Assembly (NCBI GenBank): GCA_964406575.1
Contig: CAYOSH010000022.1
Span: 2,740-66,739 of the forward strand
Source: an uncultured Eubacteriales bacterium
GTDB lineage: Bacteria; Acidobacteriota; Aminicenantia; Aminicenantales; Aminicenantaceae
Reading direction: 5' to 3'
Length of the DNA: 64,000 bases
Shown here: positions 10,232 through 20,984 of the stretch, piece after piece
How the letters are laid out: each line of letters starts with the position of its first letter
How positions within the stretch are numbered: position 1 is the first letter of the stretch
Notes under the pieces: generated by a model
Database searches by the model: none
What the model was told of the DNA's origin: nothing
What the model saw: only the letters and a program-made list of their open reading frames with translations
Translations under genes and position numbers: made by a program

Positions 10232-11209
10232 TTACGCAATGATGCGTTTGAACAGTTCCAGAGGTATGTTACGCCCACAAATAACTGCGACCACTTTCTT
10301 TCCTTTGAAGTATTCTTTCCGTCTGAGAAGGCCGCCGACACTTAACGCGCCTGATCCTTCGACCACCAGACGATGTTGCTCGAACAAAAGACGGATGGAT
10401 GCTTCAATCTCTGTTTCGGTAATGAGCATAATCTCGTCCATATATCGCTGGCACAAATCGAGAGTGATACTGTCGAGATCCACGCCGCCCGCGCAGGTAT
10501 CAGCTAGGGTTGGGTAGGTTTCCATCTCTACGATTTTATTGGCTCGCATAGATTCATACATCACGGGGGAGTTCTCTGGAGAAACGCCAAAAGCTTCTAC
10601 CTTTGGGTTCTGGGATTTTAGCCACCCCGCCGATCCGGTGAGCAATCCCCCGGCCCCGCAGGCGAAGAGGACGGATTCCACGTCGGAAAGTTGCTTAGAG
10701 ATTTCGTATCCACAAGTTCCCTGCCCGCCGACCACGAGGGGATCGTTGTACGGAGACACATAGATCATGTCTTTATTTTCGGCGACACGCCGAGCTTCCT
10801 TCTCCGCATCCCAAGCAGCTTCACCATATACGACCAGATCCAAACCATGGGCTCTCAACTGTGCCAGACGTGATGGGTCAATATCTTTGGCCACGTAGAT
10901 TGTGGCGCGACGTTTTCGAATGCGCATCGCCTCGGCAACTGCTAAGGCGTAATTTCCGGTTGAGACCGAGACTATCCCTTTGTCTAGCTCTGCTTCGGTG
11001 AGCGATAGGATCTTGTTGAGGGCACCCCGGAACTTAAATGAACCCGTTCTCTGCATCGAGTCTAACTTGAGCCACACTTTCCCCTCGATCGTCTCGCTGA
11101 GATACCGAGAGTATTCAAGCGGTGTAGGCGATAGGTGTTCCTGGCATCTTTCGTGTGCTTCCAGCACCAGCTGAGGGACATCGAGTTGTGAGTGGTTTTT
11201 AGTTGTCAT
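10232..11209 (-). CDS. PLP-dependent threonine/serine dehydratase family protein
   Basis: PTPLE, GSFKFRGA (PLP lysine), GQGT, GAGGL and ICGRNI. Confidence 0.88.
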   Translation of the reverse strand: MTTKNHSQLDVPQLVLEAHERCQEHLSPTPLEYSRYLSETIEGKVWLKLDSMQRTGSFKFRGALNKILSLTEAELDKGIVSVSTGNYALAVAEAMRIRKRRATIYVAKDIDPSRLAQLRAHGLDLVVYGEAAWDAEKEARRVAENKDMIYVSPYNDPLVVGGQGTCGYEISKQLSDVESVLFACGAGGLLTGSAGWLKSQNPKVEAFGVSPENSPVMYESMRANKIVEMETYPTLADTCAGGVDLDSITLDLCQRYMDEIMLITETEIEASIRLLFEQHRLVVEGSGALSVGGLLRRKEYFKGKKVVAVICGRNIPLELFKRIIA

Positions 11210-11618
11210 GCTTATTCTCCTGTGTGTAAGGCATAATCGACCATCTTAGCGATTATGATGTTCATATAATTGAGTTTTGGTCTTTATCTCTTTTCTACAT
11301 AAGACTGAGATAGATCTTAACAAATAAAAACACCCCATACAAATTCCCTCCAAAAGCTGTTAGCATCCCCAAAAGCTACACTATTGTGCTTGTACTTTTT
11401 AAAGAAATGCGAAAGCAAAGGGTTCAAATTCAAGAAACTCAAACCAATAGCGGGAAAGGACATGGATATGCTCTGGTAGAAATCAATACTTGCAGATACC
11501 AAAACCAGAAAATCAATTGAAATTATCTTTGCGATTCTCTATATTTAAGCTATCTTAATCCTTTAAAATATACCACTAATTAAACTTTAGAAAAATCTTA
11601 ATCATAAAAGGAGTTATC

Positions 11619-12386
11619 ATGTGTTCAGATGGGATATCAATATCTCTATCGGGGCAGGCCGCCATCATAACGGGAGGTTCACGGGGGCTGGGCAAGGCAA
11701 TAGCGCTGCTGTTTGCTCAGGCAGGAGCGAATGTTGTTGTGAATTACGCAAAAAATAAGACTGCGGCTGAGGAGCTCAAGGAAGAAGCGGAAAAATACGG
11801 TGTGGAAGTTCTAGTCGAGCAGGGCAATATTGCGAATTATGCCGACTGCAAAAGGATACTGGAAAATACTCTCAGACAGTTCAACAAAGTAAATATTCTC
11901 GTCAACAATGCAGGTATATGGGAACTGGGAAATATCGGTGATATCACACCCGATTCCTGGCAGCGGGTTATAGATGTTAACTTAACGGGAGTGTATAATT
12001 TCACCAATTTAGTGGTTCCGGTGATGAAGGAGCAAAAGCGCGGCAATATCATTAATATTTCCTCGCGATGTTCCAGGCGAGGAGAGGCAGGTTCTTCATC
12101 CTATGTCGCAACAAAAGCTGCTCTCAATGGCTTTACACGATCTATAGCATTAGAACTAGGAGCTTATAATATCAGAGCAAATGGCGTTGCGCCCGCATGG
12201 ATTTATTCGGATATGACCTATGAGCATTTGGGAAACGAAGGAGTTGAGGAGGAGATATTGAAGACTATTCCCCTCGGCAGGATCGGTGATCCGGAAGATG
12301 TGGCGAATCTCTGCCTCTTTCTTGCTTCGGATCTCTCAAGTTATTTAACAGGGGAAACAATATTTCTAAGCGGTGGCTCGATATAG
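11619..12386 (+). CDS. Short-chain dehydrogenase/reductase (FabG-like)
   Basis: TGGSRGLG, NNAG and YxxxK (YVATK). Confidence 0.92.
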   Translation: MCSDGISISLSGQAAIITGGSRGLGKAIALLFAQAGANVVVNYAKNKTAAEELKEEAEKYGVEVLVEQGNIANYADCKRILENTLRQFNKVNILVNNAGIWELGNIGDITPDSWQRVIDVNLTGVYNFTNLVVPVMKEQKRGNIINISSRCSRRGEAGSSSYVATKAALNGFTRSIALELGAYNIRANGVAPAWIYSDMTYEHLGNEGVEEEILKTIPLGRIGDPEDVANLCLFLASDLSSYLTGETIFLSGGSI

Positions 12387-12541
12387 GATTCACAGCGAAG
12401 ACATCAAGACAAAAGAAGAAATATAAGGAAACCTCAGAATTCACAGAGAAAAGCTCCTTGGATTATTTCAAATTTTTCGTGATTCTACCGTAGAATTTCA
12501 TTATTATAATATATATATTCAGATAGATCGGAGGGATAAAA

Positions 12542-15343
12542 TTGAAAAAAAAGGGCATTGCAATCGCAGTTTTTGCTCTCGTTCTTTTGACGGCAGACAC
12601 GGGTTTGGCTCAGGCCCCGGACAAACCTGAACCGGGCTCCCAAGCGGCCATCGCCGAAGCGACGACGGAAGAGCGCTTCGTCTCGCCGTGGGTTTCTTAC
12701 GTCCCCGAACACCCGACGGTTCCTTCGCCGACCGACCACCTGGGACACATTGCCGGTGCTCCGGGAGAGCTGTCAAATACTGAAACGATCTATGCCTACT
12801 ATCGGACCTTAGCCAATACTTCAGACCGGGTTCGGGTCGAAGTCATCGGTCGCACCGAAGAGGGCCGCGATATCCTCCTGGTCATCGTGGGAGAGGGGGA
12901 CAGCCTGGCCAAACTCGACACATCCCGCGAGGCCATGGCAGCGCTCGCCGATCCGCGACGGACGGACGAGACCACTATGGAGAAGATCGTTGCAGAGCAG
13001 AAGCCCTTCTACATGCTCCTCGGTGGAATCCACTCCACGGAGACGGGAAGCCCGGAAATGCTCATGGAGCTAACCTACCGTCTGGCGGTCTCCGAAACCC
13101 CTTTGATCAAAACGATACGAGACGCAGTGGTCGTTTTGATCATTCCGGTCGTTGAACCGGACGGCCGCGACCGAGCTGTCGACTGGTTTTACAGGTACCT
13201 TAAAGGCAAAACAGATTTCGACCGTCTTCCCCCCCGCTCGCCTCCCTACTGGGGGAAGTACGTTTTCCACGATAACAACCGCGACGGAATCCAGCGCAAG
13301 CTCGCTTTGACCCGGGCAACACAGGACACTTTTTTAGAATGGCATCCCATAATCGTTCACGATCTTCATGAATCGATCCCTCTGCTTTGCATCTGGACCG
13401 GTACCGGACCTTACAACGTGAACCTCGATCCCATCACAACCACAGAGTGGCACGCCATTGCCTTTCACGAGGTTGCGACACTGACCTCCTTCGGCATGCC
13501 CGGTGTCTGGACCTGGGGTTTTGGGGAAGGTTGGGCGCACATTTACGCCGATTCAGTGGCAACCAATCACAACGCCATCGGCCGGGGCTACGAGACCTTC
13601 GGCAACGCCACCGCCGAGACAGTGCACCGGCGTATCGACCCGAAGCGCCAGACGTACCTCGGAAAACCGGTGACCGAGGCGGAGTGGTATCGAACCTGGC
13701 CACCGCCCAAGGCTTTCGAGTGGTCGCTCCGTAACAATGTCAACTATCAACAGACCGGCGTGCTCTCGGCACTTCAGTACACGGCACTTCATGCCGACGA
13801 TATGATGCGGAACTTTTGGCGACGCGGCCGAAACGCGGTGAAAAAGGGCGAGATCGAGCCGCCCTATGCGGTCTCCATACCGGAGGAACAACGCGATCGG
13901 AGGCGGCTGGCTGTCATGGTGAACCTTCTGCGCTCTCACGGGATCGAGGTCAGACGTTGCCGCAATGCCTTCGAAGTCAAAGAGGGCAGATTCGCAGCAG
14001 GAACCTACCTGGTGCGTTTGGATCAACCTTATCGAAGCTACGCTCACGATCTCTTGATTGCCCAGAAGTTCCCGATGGACAAGACGCCTTACAAACCTTA
14101 CGACGACGTGGGATGGGCGCTTCCGTTTACCCTGGGTGTCGAGGTCACGGCCATCAAGGATGTAACCGTGAGAGACATCCAAGCCGACCTCTTGACCGAG
14201 GACGTCGCCTACCCCGGAAAGGTACTGGGCGACAGTGGTTTCTACCTCATCAAAGATACCGGCCAAGAGGGGCTTCTTGCTGCAAGTGTACGTCTCGCCA
14301 ATTTCGATGTAGAGGTGGTCGAGAAGTCCTTTTCGGTCGATGACACCGAGTACCCGGCCGGCTCCTGGGTCATCGCCGACCAGCCGGGACTGCGACCCGC
14401 TCTCCAAGGCGCAGCGGATTCGCTGGGTATCGATGTTGTCGCCGTACCCTCAGCGCCCGACGTTTCCCGCCACCGACTCGATCTTCCCCGATTGGCTCTA
14501 CTTCAAACCTGGAACGATACGCAGTCGGCGGGCTGGTTACGCATGGTGTTCGACGATGAGGAGGTTCCCTACACGCTCATCATGGACGAGGATGTCCGTG
14601 CTGGCGGCCTCGCGAACCGATTCGATGTCATCGTCTTCCCGAATACCGATGACGGTCTCAAAAGCATCATCAACGGAATCGACCCGACTTACAGCCCGCT
14701 CGCCTACACTCGGACCGAGGAATATCCAACCCTCGGGTTTCCCACTTCCTCGGAAGACATCACTGGAGGACTTACTTGGGAGGGAGTCCAGCACATCGAG
14801 GACTTTGTTCGCAGCGGCGGAGTACTGGTAACGCTCGGCGGCGCCTCTGAGCTGCCTCTAGACGGCGGTATCGCCAAGAACGTAGGCCGGGCCCGTGTAA
14901 ATAATGTCTACACACCGGGCAGCGAGCTACAGATGCGATTCCGGCGACCGGATCACCCACTTGCCTACGGCTATCCGGAAATCACTTCCGCCTTTCGGGA
15001 GAATCGACCCCTATATAGTGTACGCCACATCGACGAAGGACGAATCGTCCTCCAGTGGGGCACGAAGATTCCGACCGACGACGAAGAGGACAAAAGCGAC
15101 GATAATTCGAACAAAGCCGAAATGGCGACGAAATCGCTCGTTTTGTGCGGCGGAATCAAGGGAGCGGGTGAGATTATGGGCAAGCCGGCCATCCTGGACA
15201 TTCCCAGCGGCAAGGGACGCGTGGTCGCCTATGACTTCGATCCGATCCACCGATACCTGACCCTCTCGGACTTCCGACTGGTCTGGAACACAATCCTGAA
15301 CTGGAATGATTTACCGCCGACACCGGAATCTCGAGATGAATAG
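12542..15343 (+). CDS. Secreted M14 zinc carboxypeptidase-family protein
   Basis: Signal peptide, IGRTEEGR, HxxE (IHSTE), PDGRD, HDNNRD and HDLHE. TTG start after GGAGGG. Confidence 0.88.
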   Translation: MKKKGIAIAVFALVLLTADTGLAQAPDKPEPGSQAAIAEATTEERFVSPWVSYVPEHPTVPSPTDHLGHIAGAPGELSNTETIYAYYRTLANTSDRVRVEVIGRTEEGRDILLVIVGEGDSLAKLDTSREAMAALADPRRTDETTMEKIVAEQKPFYMLLGGIHSTETGSPEMLMELTYRLAVSETPLIKTIRDAVVVLIIPVVEPDGRDRAVDWFYRYLKGKTDFDRLPPRSPPYWGKYVFHDNNRDGIQRKLALTRATQDTFLEWHPIIVHDLHESIPLLCIWTGTGPYNVNLDPITTTEWHAIAFHEVATLTSFGMPGVWTWGFGEGWAHIYADSVATNHNAIGRGYETFGNATAETVHRRIDPKRQTYLGKPVTEAEWYRTWPPPKAFEWSLRNNVNYQQTGVLSALQYTALHADDMMRNFWRRGRNAVKKGEIEPPYAVSIPEEQRDRRRLAVMVNLLRSHGIEVRRCRNAFEVKEGRFAAGTYLVRLDQPYRSYAHDLLIAQKFPMDKTPYKPYDDVGWALPFTLGVEVTAIKDVTVRDIQADLLTEDVAYPGKVLGDSGFYLIKDTGQEGLLAASVRLANFDVEVVEKSFSVDDTEYPAGSWVIADQPGLRPALQGAADSLGIDVVAVPSAPDVSRHRLDLPRLALLQTWNDTQSAGWLRMVFDDEEVPYTLIMDEDVRAGGLANRFDVIVFPNTDDGLKSIINGIDPTYSPLAYTRTEEYPTLGFPTSSEDITGGLTWEGVQHIEDFVRSGGVLVTLGGASELPLDGGIAKNVGRARVNNVYTPGSELQMRFRRPDHPLAYGYPEITSAFRENRPLYSVRHIDEGRIVLQWGTKIPTDDEEDKSDDNSNKAEMATKSLVLCGGIKGAGEIMGKPAILDIPSGKGRVVAYDFDPIHRYLTLSDFRLVWNTILNWNDLPPTPESRDE

Positions 15344-15460
15344 TCATGGGGAAAGCGGAAGAAATTAAAGGAAATATGTTTTTTCTGTCAAGCACACATC
15401 ATAACAAGGGACATGGGGACATTAAGGTTGAGTCACCGGGTTACGTCGTGTAAAACCCAG

Positions 15461-16417
15461 CTATTCCATGATTTCTAAGGCATGATAGACGGCCTTGGCG
15501 ATCTGGATATCCTGGACTGCAACGCCTGTCAGGTCTGCAATCGTGGTCTGTTCCTCGGCAGTTCTCCGAAGCTCCGGATGGACGATCACATTCCCTAATT
15601 CCACCACCCGCTCTTTTTCTAGTACGCCGGCTTTGAGCGCTTGATGGATCTCGCCTCTCAAAAGACACTGGCTGATACTGTCAGCGACGACTATATCTGC
15701 TTTTTGAAGAATTCGCGGGTCCAACTCATTCTTCTCCGGAGTATCGGATCCCATAGCGGTAATATGCGTTCCCTTATGGACCTTATCGGCAGACAACAAG
15801 GGGGATTTCGAGGGTGTTGCCGTGACGATCAGATTGCAGTGTGCCGCGATATCCTCGGTCTTCAAGGTCGTCCGGATATTGTATCCTGCGGGCTCCATAT
15901 CTGCTTTATATTCGTCCATCTCTTTCTGATTCATTCCCCACACCATAACTTCCTTGCAGTCTATGACAGGGGCTAAAAATTCAAGCTGCATGCGCCCCTG
16001 CGTTCCTGCTCCCACAATACCTATACGATCGACCTGTTTCGGAGCCAGGTATTTGGCAACGACTGCACCTGCGGCAGCGGTACGCACGTTCGTCAGATGG
16101 CACTCATCCAGCAGTGCGCAAGCCAGCTCACCTGTTCCTTTTTTAAAGAGAAGAATAAGCCCGTCACTCGTATACCTATTCGAGCTGGGGCTTTCGAAGA
16201 ATCCGGAGGCAATTTTAATGACATAATAATCGTCATCCACGATATATCCGTACTTGATGTGAACATCACCGGGAGGCTTTTTGAAGATCATCTCGCCCAC
16301 GGGAGGGATCACGGCTTTGCCCTGGGAATAGGCCACAAATCCTTCCTCTATTTCTTGGACAGGTTGAAGTTTCTTTAAGACATCCTTGATTTGCGGGAGA
16401 TCATAAAATTTACTCAT
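15461..16417 (-). CDS. Ornithine cyclodeaminase / mu-crystallin family protein
   Basis: LTNVRTAAAG, GAGTQG, TATPS, MGSDTPEKNELD and DLTGVAVQD. Confidence 0.9.
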   Translation of the reverse strand: MSKFYDLPQIKDVLKKLQPVQEIEEGFVAYSQGKAVIPPVGEMIFKKPPGDVHIKYGYIVDDDYYVIKIASGFFESPSSNRYTSDGLILLFKKGTGELACALLDECHLTNVRTAAAGAVVAKYLAPKQVDRIGIVGAGTQGRMQLEFLAPVIDCKEVMVWGMNQKEMDEYKADMEPAGYNIRTTLKTEDIAAHCNLIVTATPSKSPLLSADKVHKGTHITAMGSDTPEKNELDPRILQKADIVVADSISQCLLRGEIHQALKAGVLEKERVVELGNVIVHPELRRTAEEQTTIADLTGVAVQDIQIAKAVYHALEIME

Positions 16418-16548
16418 TTCTTATTTCCTTTCCTGATTCTGATCATTATAGAATTATCAACACATGTTTACAAATCAATTAATTCCTCTCATGTTCATTG
16501 ATTCGAGAAGTTTCTCTTTATCCGTGATAAAGGGCCAGCTCCTTATGA

Positions 16549-16595
16549 TGTAGGGTCCATTCCCCGAATGGACCGTTTGGGAAACGGTCCCTACA
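16549..16595. repeat. GTAG-type REP-like inverted doublet
   Basis: TGTAGGG...CCCTACA ends enclosing two hairpins: GGTCCATTC-CCC-GAATGGACC and GACCGTTT-GGG-AAACGGTC. Confidence 0.7.
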
Positions 16596-16705
16596 ATTAG
16601 TCTATCGGATTCCCGTTGTTCGTTTTTAAAATCACTATTTCGGACACTCGAATGTGGCTTATCACGGATTTAGTGACGCTTCCACAATTTCTCTTTTTCG
16701 TTGAA

Positions 16706-16734
16706 TTGACTTCCTATCAGTCCTCTGATATAAA
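16706..16734 (+). promoter_or_regulatory. Candidate sigma70 promoter of the APC permease
   Basis: TTGACT-N17-TATAAA upstream of an RBS and ATG 16762. Confidence 0.5.
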
Positions 16735-16761
16735 GGAGCGCATCCTGAGGGAGATCCACAA

Positions 16762-18156
16762 ATGAGTAACCAGGCAACTCAAGGTTCGTCTCAACTCTTG
16801 CGAAAGATGAACCTTCTGGATACGACATTTCTGGTCATAGGGGCCATCGTCGGCTCCGGAATTTTTATGACGACCGGTTTCATTGCCGAGTATCTCCCCT
16901 CACCCCTCATGATCTTGATCGTCTGGCTGCTGGGAGGCTTTTTCGCCATGAGTGGAGCCCTGGCATTTGCGGAATTGGGAGCTATGTATCCTCAGGCAGG
17001 AGGACAGTACATCTATCTGCGGGAAGCGTACGGTCGCTGGGCAGGTTTTCTTTACGGATGGGGATTTTTCTGGGTGATCGAGTGCGGTGGCGTTGCCGCC
17101 CTGGCCGTCGGATTTGCGGAATACTTCGGGTACTTTGTCCCGGCCCTGTCGACAAAGACCTATCTCTTGAAATTCCATCTTCTAAATCTCGATTATTCCT
17201 TATCTGCAGGACAATTGATTGCCGTGGCCTCTATCCTGTTTTTGTCTGCCGTCAATTACCTGGGTATCAAAAGCGGTATCATGGTTCAGAATATTTTCAC
17301 ATTCTTACGGATTGCGGCAGTGGCCGTGTTGATTGTGCTTGGCCTGGCATTGGGCTCGAAAGCAGGAGTCACCTCCCCAGAGGGACTGTTTACGGGTGAT
17401 ATGTCCTTCAGCATCAAACTGTTCGGACTGGCTTTCATCGCCGTTCTCTGGACTTATGATGGCTGGTATAGCGTAAACTGCGCCGCTGAAGAGATAAAGA
17501 ATCCCGGTAAAAACATTCCCCGCGGTTTGATCTTGGGGACTCTGAGCGTTACCCTCATTTATTTTCTGGTGAACGTGGTCTACGTGACGGCTTTACCTGT
17601 CGAGCGCATGAAAGGAGTCGCCCGCATCGGGGAGCTGGCGTCCACGCAGCTCTTCGGACAGACAGCGACTTTATTTATCTCGGGCACGATCATGATTTCG
17701 ATCTTCGGATGTCTGAGTGCATCCATCCTGTACGGACCGAGAGTTTTTTTCGCTATGGCACAGGACCGCTGTTTCTTCAAGAGTATGCGCTATGTCCATC
17801 CCCGTTACAGGGTTCCGACAAAAGCCATCGTCTGGCAGGGAATCTGGTCTTCCCTTCTCTGCTTATCCGGAACCTATCAAGACCTGTTCGAGTACGTTGT
17901 CTTCGCTCTTGTCATATTCTGGGCTGCGACCGGCTTGGCGGTCATCATCCTGCGCTCCAAACAGCCCACAATCCCACGCCCTTATAAATCATGGGGATAT
18001 CCTGTCTTGCCTATCCTTTTTGTCTTGATCAACCTCGGCGTTTTTTTGAACACGATCTGGGCTCAACCCCTTCAATCTCTCATCGGTCTCCTCATCCTCA
18101 TTGCAGGCATTCCTGCCTTCCTTCACTGGAAATCTAAGGAAACGAAAACTCCCTGA
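16762..18156 (+). CDS. APC-family amino acid permease
   Basis: GAIVGSGIF, AELGAMYPQAGGQY, WTYDGW, EEIKNPGKNIP and PRPYKSWGYP. Confidence 0.93.
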   Translation: MSNQATQGSSQLLRKMNLLDTTFLVIGAIVGSGIFMTTGFIAEYLPSPLMILIVWLLGGFFAMSGALAFAELGAMYPQAGGQYIYLREAYGRWAGFLYGWGFFWVIECGGVAALAVGFAEYFGYFVPALSTKTYLLKFHLLNLDYSLSAGQLIAVASILFLSAVNYLGIKSGIMVQNIFTFLRIAAVAVLIVLGLALGSKAGVTSPEGLFTGDMSFSIKLFGLAFIAVLWTYDGWYSVNCAAEEIKNPGKNIPRGLILGTLSVTLIYFLVNVVYVTALPVERMKGVARIGELASTQLFGQTATLFISGTIMISIFGCLSASILYGPRVFFAMAQDRCFFKSMRYVHPRYRVPTKAIVWQGIWSSLLCLSGTYQDLFEYVVFALVIFWAATGLAVIILRSKQPTIPRPYKSWGYPVLPILFVLINLGVFLNTIWAQPLQSLIGLLILIAGIPAFLHWKSKETKTP

Positions 18157-18617
18157 CCACTAATTTTGAATGAATACTGCGCTGCCTGGCAAGAGACCGT
18201 CTCGGTCGCGACAAATAAATTTCCTGGTTCTCTTCCATATTGTGTGGGTAAATCAAGACTCGTGTGAAGAAGGAAAAGGATTCAGGGATACCCAAAACGT
18301 TTTTACAATTAAAAAATTAGATTCTGTGAAAATCAGTGATGCCTTAAGATTGATAGCAGATTCGGACAGAATGCTACAATTGGTCGAGTTGTTAGGGTAG
18401 GATTTACTAGGTTCAATCGGCACTCCCAGGAAGGATATTATGGCCGTCGAATATGCGATTTGTAATTTAATATGGATAATTTTAAGATAATACTGCAATT
18501 TTGCAGGGATATTCGGTGGAATCAAATAATATACGACGTCAATGAAGGGAGATTTGTATCAAATCCAGCACGCTGTATATTAATAGTTAGGTGAGGCTAG
18601 GGACAAAGGAGAACGCG

Positions 18618-19022
18618 ATGAGAACCAAAGTGGGTTTATGGATTGACCATAGGAAGGCCATTATTGTGGCTGTTACGGATAAAGGGGAAGAGATAGGACT
18701 GATAGTATCGAAGGTTGAGAAACAGCTCCAACGTTCTGGTGATTCGCCTCTTAAGGGGCACTATGAATCGCAGAAAGTGCCGGTAGATGCTAGCCGCCAG
18801 AGAACGTTTACGGGACATCTCAACATTTACTACAAGGCGGTAATTGCGTGTCTTCGTGATGCGGAATCCATTCTGATATTTGGCCCTGGTGAGGCAAAGG
18901 GCGAACTGAAGAAACGTCTTGAAGAAAGCAAACTGGGCGGACGCATCGCAGGTATTGAAACAGTTGACAGGATGACGGATCGCCAGATTGCGGCGAAAGT
19001 TCGACAGTACTTTGCAGAATAG
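18618..19022 (+). CDS. Small protein resembling the eRF1 domain-2-like / host-attachment (baeRF-like) family
   Basis: ATG after AAGGAG. GLWIDHRKAIIV and ILIFGPGEAKGELKKRL patterns. Family recognised from memory. Confidence 0.6.
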   Translation: MRTKVGLWIDHRKAIIVAVTDKGEEIGLIVSKVEKQLQRSGDSPLKGHYESQKVPVDASRQRTFTGHLNIYYKAVIACLRDAESILIFGPGEAKGELKKRLEESKLGGRIAGIETVDRMTDRQIAAKVRQYFAE

Positions 19023-19368
19023 CCTTCGGCAATAGTAAAAATATTTTGAATTTGATCAGAGTACTGGGTGAATCGCTTTTAGTCAAAAAATTCTTTCCAT
19101 TTGTTAAAGTGACCAATTAAAGCGATAGGGGGGATAATCATAATACGTAATGAGGGAACCCGATAGAGTCGGGCGCGAGGACTGTATGAGCAATAGAAGG
19201 TCACTTAGGAAGTGGTGATAATAGTTATAAAATATCCATGTGTGTGATTCACAAGCGTGCGCAGTTTCGCAGCGCCGAGCAGAATAAATTGAAGGGACTT
19301 CCATTAATTAATTCAATGAGTGAGAGGCGGCGTGAAAAAATAGAAGAGAACCAATTTTAACTGAGCAT

Positions 19369-20853
19369 TCAGAGAATTTTGTTGAATCCCAGATTCCGTA
19401 TCTCATCGGCTTGCATTACAAAGCCGACAACTCTTTTGCTCTCATCTCTGATAAAGTCTATCCTGCAAGTGCCCAGGTCATACGCATCGTCGTTCATATA
19501 AGTGCCCATGAAACCGTCGGTTGATATCGCTTCCACGAAGCTCTCATGCCTTCCCAGTTTCATAGACAATTTATCATCTTTCATTTTTAAGATCGCCGTG
19601 GCATCAAGCTCATCAGAATAATAGGTGCCTACAAATTCTGCAAGAGCCGCTGTCGATAACGTCTTGAGAGTCGGTTTTGTTTTGGGGGAGAGGCCTTCTT
19701 CTCTCTCAACTTTCTCTTTAGACTCTGTAAACTGGTCGGCCAAATACACATCCGCAATCCTCCTTGCGATTCTTTCCGGTTCGAACGAACCCAGATTGGA
19801 CAAAATCACCACAGAGAATTTCTGTTCCGGGAACTGGATATAGTGCGCCTTATATCCGACAAATGAGCCTCCATGGCTGATCAATTTCAGGCCTTTATAT
19901 GTGCTGATGCTTAGGCCAAATGCATAGTCGATCGCTGTCCCGTCATTGAGTCGAGCGGGGGTGGTTATCAAATCTATCAGCGCCCGGGTCTTGTTCCCCA
20001 GTTTATTCGTATAAAAATTCTGATCCCACTTGAAGAAATCATCGACCGTCGTGTAAATTCCTCCATCGCCGATCATATCGAGCTGGGTCATATGAATCTT
20101 AAAGCCTCCCTCTGCAAGAGGCAGATATCCCGATGCCCTATTCTTCACGATCTCATTGATATCGTCGTGAAAATAAGTGCTCGTCATGCCGAGTGGATCG
20201 AAGATATATTTCTTTGCAAATTCTCTAGTCTTCATACCGCTTGCACGGCCAACAATTTCTGCCAGCAGAAAATATCCTGAATTCGAATAGGAATATTTAT
20301 CTCCCGGCTTAAAATTGAGCTCTCTCTGACGGGCAAGGAGTTCGATCACCTCCGGAGACGTGTAGAAATATCCTCCCGATCTCCCTGCCAGCGCCTGAAG
20401 AACTAAGTAATCGCGTATCCCACTCGTGTGGTGAATCAGATGGCGGATGGTCACCGGAGGAATATACGCATGCATCTCGGGAAGGAATTTTTGGATATCG
20501 TCGTCCAAAGACAGTTTTCCTTGCTCAGCGAGCAGAGCAATACACATGGCTGTAAACTGTTTTGAGACCGAACCTACCCGAAAGACAGATTGTGGGGTGA
20601 TGGGAATGTTGTACTCGAGATTGGCCGTGCCGTATCCCCGGGCATATACGATCCTTCCATCTTGAAAAATGCCGAGTGCTGCACCCGGGGAATCCACTCT
20701 GTCCCAACTCTCAAAGAGTGCATCGACCTTATCTGTCGCTTCAGAGTGGGTATACGCCTGGAGGGACAAAAGAGGCGAAACATTGGCTAAGAGAAAAACA
20801 ATCAGGCAAAACCATAAGACAGGACTCAGGAAGTTTTTTAACTTAAAATGCAC
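19369..20853 (-). CDS. Secreted beta-lactamase-related serine hydrolase (S12 family)
   Basis: SxxK (GSVSK), LIHHTSG, YSNSGY and HGG. Signal peptide present. Confidence 0.92.
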   Translation of the reverse strand: MHFKLKNFLSPVLWFCLIVFLLANVSPLLSLQAYTHSEATDKVDALFESWDRVDSPGAALGIFQDGRIVYARGYGTANLEYNIPITPQSVFRVGSVSKQFTAMCIALLAEQGKLSLDDDIQKFLPEMHAYIPPVTIRHLIHHTSGIRDYLVLQALAGRSGGYFYTSPEVIELLARQRELNFKPGDKYSYSNSGYFLLAEIVGRASGMKTREFAKKYIFDPLGMTSTYFHDDINEIVKNRASGYLPLAEGGFKIHMTQLDMIGDGGIYTTVDDFFKWDQNFYTNKLGNKTRALIDLITTPARLNDGTAIDYAFGLSISTYKGLKLISHGGSFVGYKAHYIQFPEQKFSVVILSNLGSFEPERIARRIADVYLADQFTESKEKVEREEGLSPKTKPTLKTLSTAALAEFVGTYYSDELDATAILKMKDDKLSMKLGRHESFVEAISTDGFMGTYMNDDAYDLGTCRIDFIRDESKRVVGFVMQADEIRNLGFNKIL

Positions 20854-20984
20854 TTTGACTCACCTCCTCATCGCATTTTTAATGTTAAAGGTCGCTTTTG
20901 GGCACAAAGCGATCCCCGCTCTACGTCATCGGTTCCAATCTAAATTCCGGGTGTTTTTCTGCGGAATATTCCTCTCAGATTCCA

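Noticed and set aside
13553-14407. Long antisense ORFs (also 4956-5723, 33880-34758, 39542-40378, 51436-52188, 61165-62118)
   Set aside because: They are shadows of well-supported genes on the opposite strand and show no recognisable motifs.
18170-19320. Short ORFs or ncRNA in the AT-rich stretches around the eRF1-like gene (similar stretches at 11280-11600 and 24950-25270)
   Set aside because: No recognisable motif, RBS or convincing structure by eye; would need BLASTX/Infernal.
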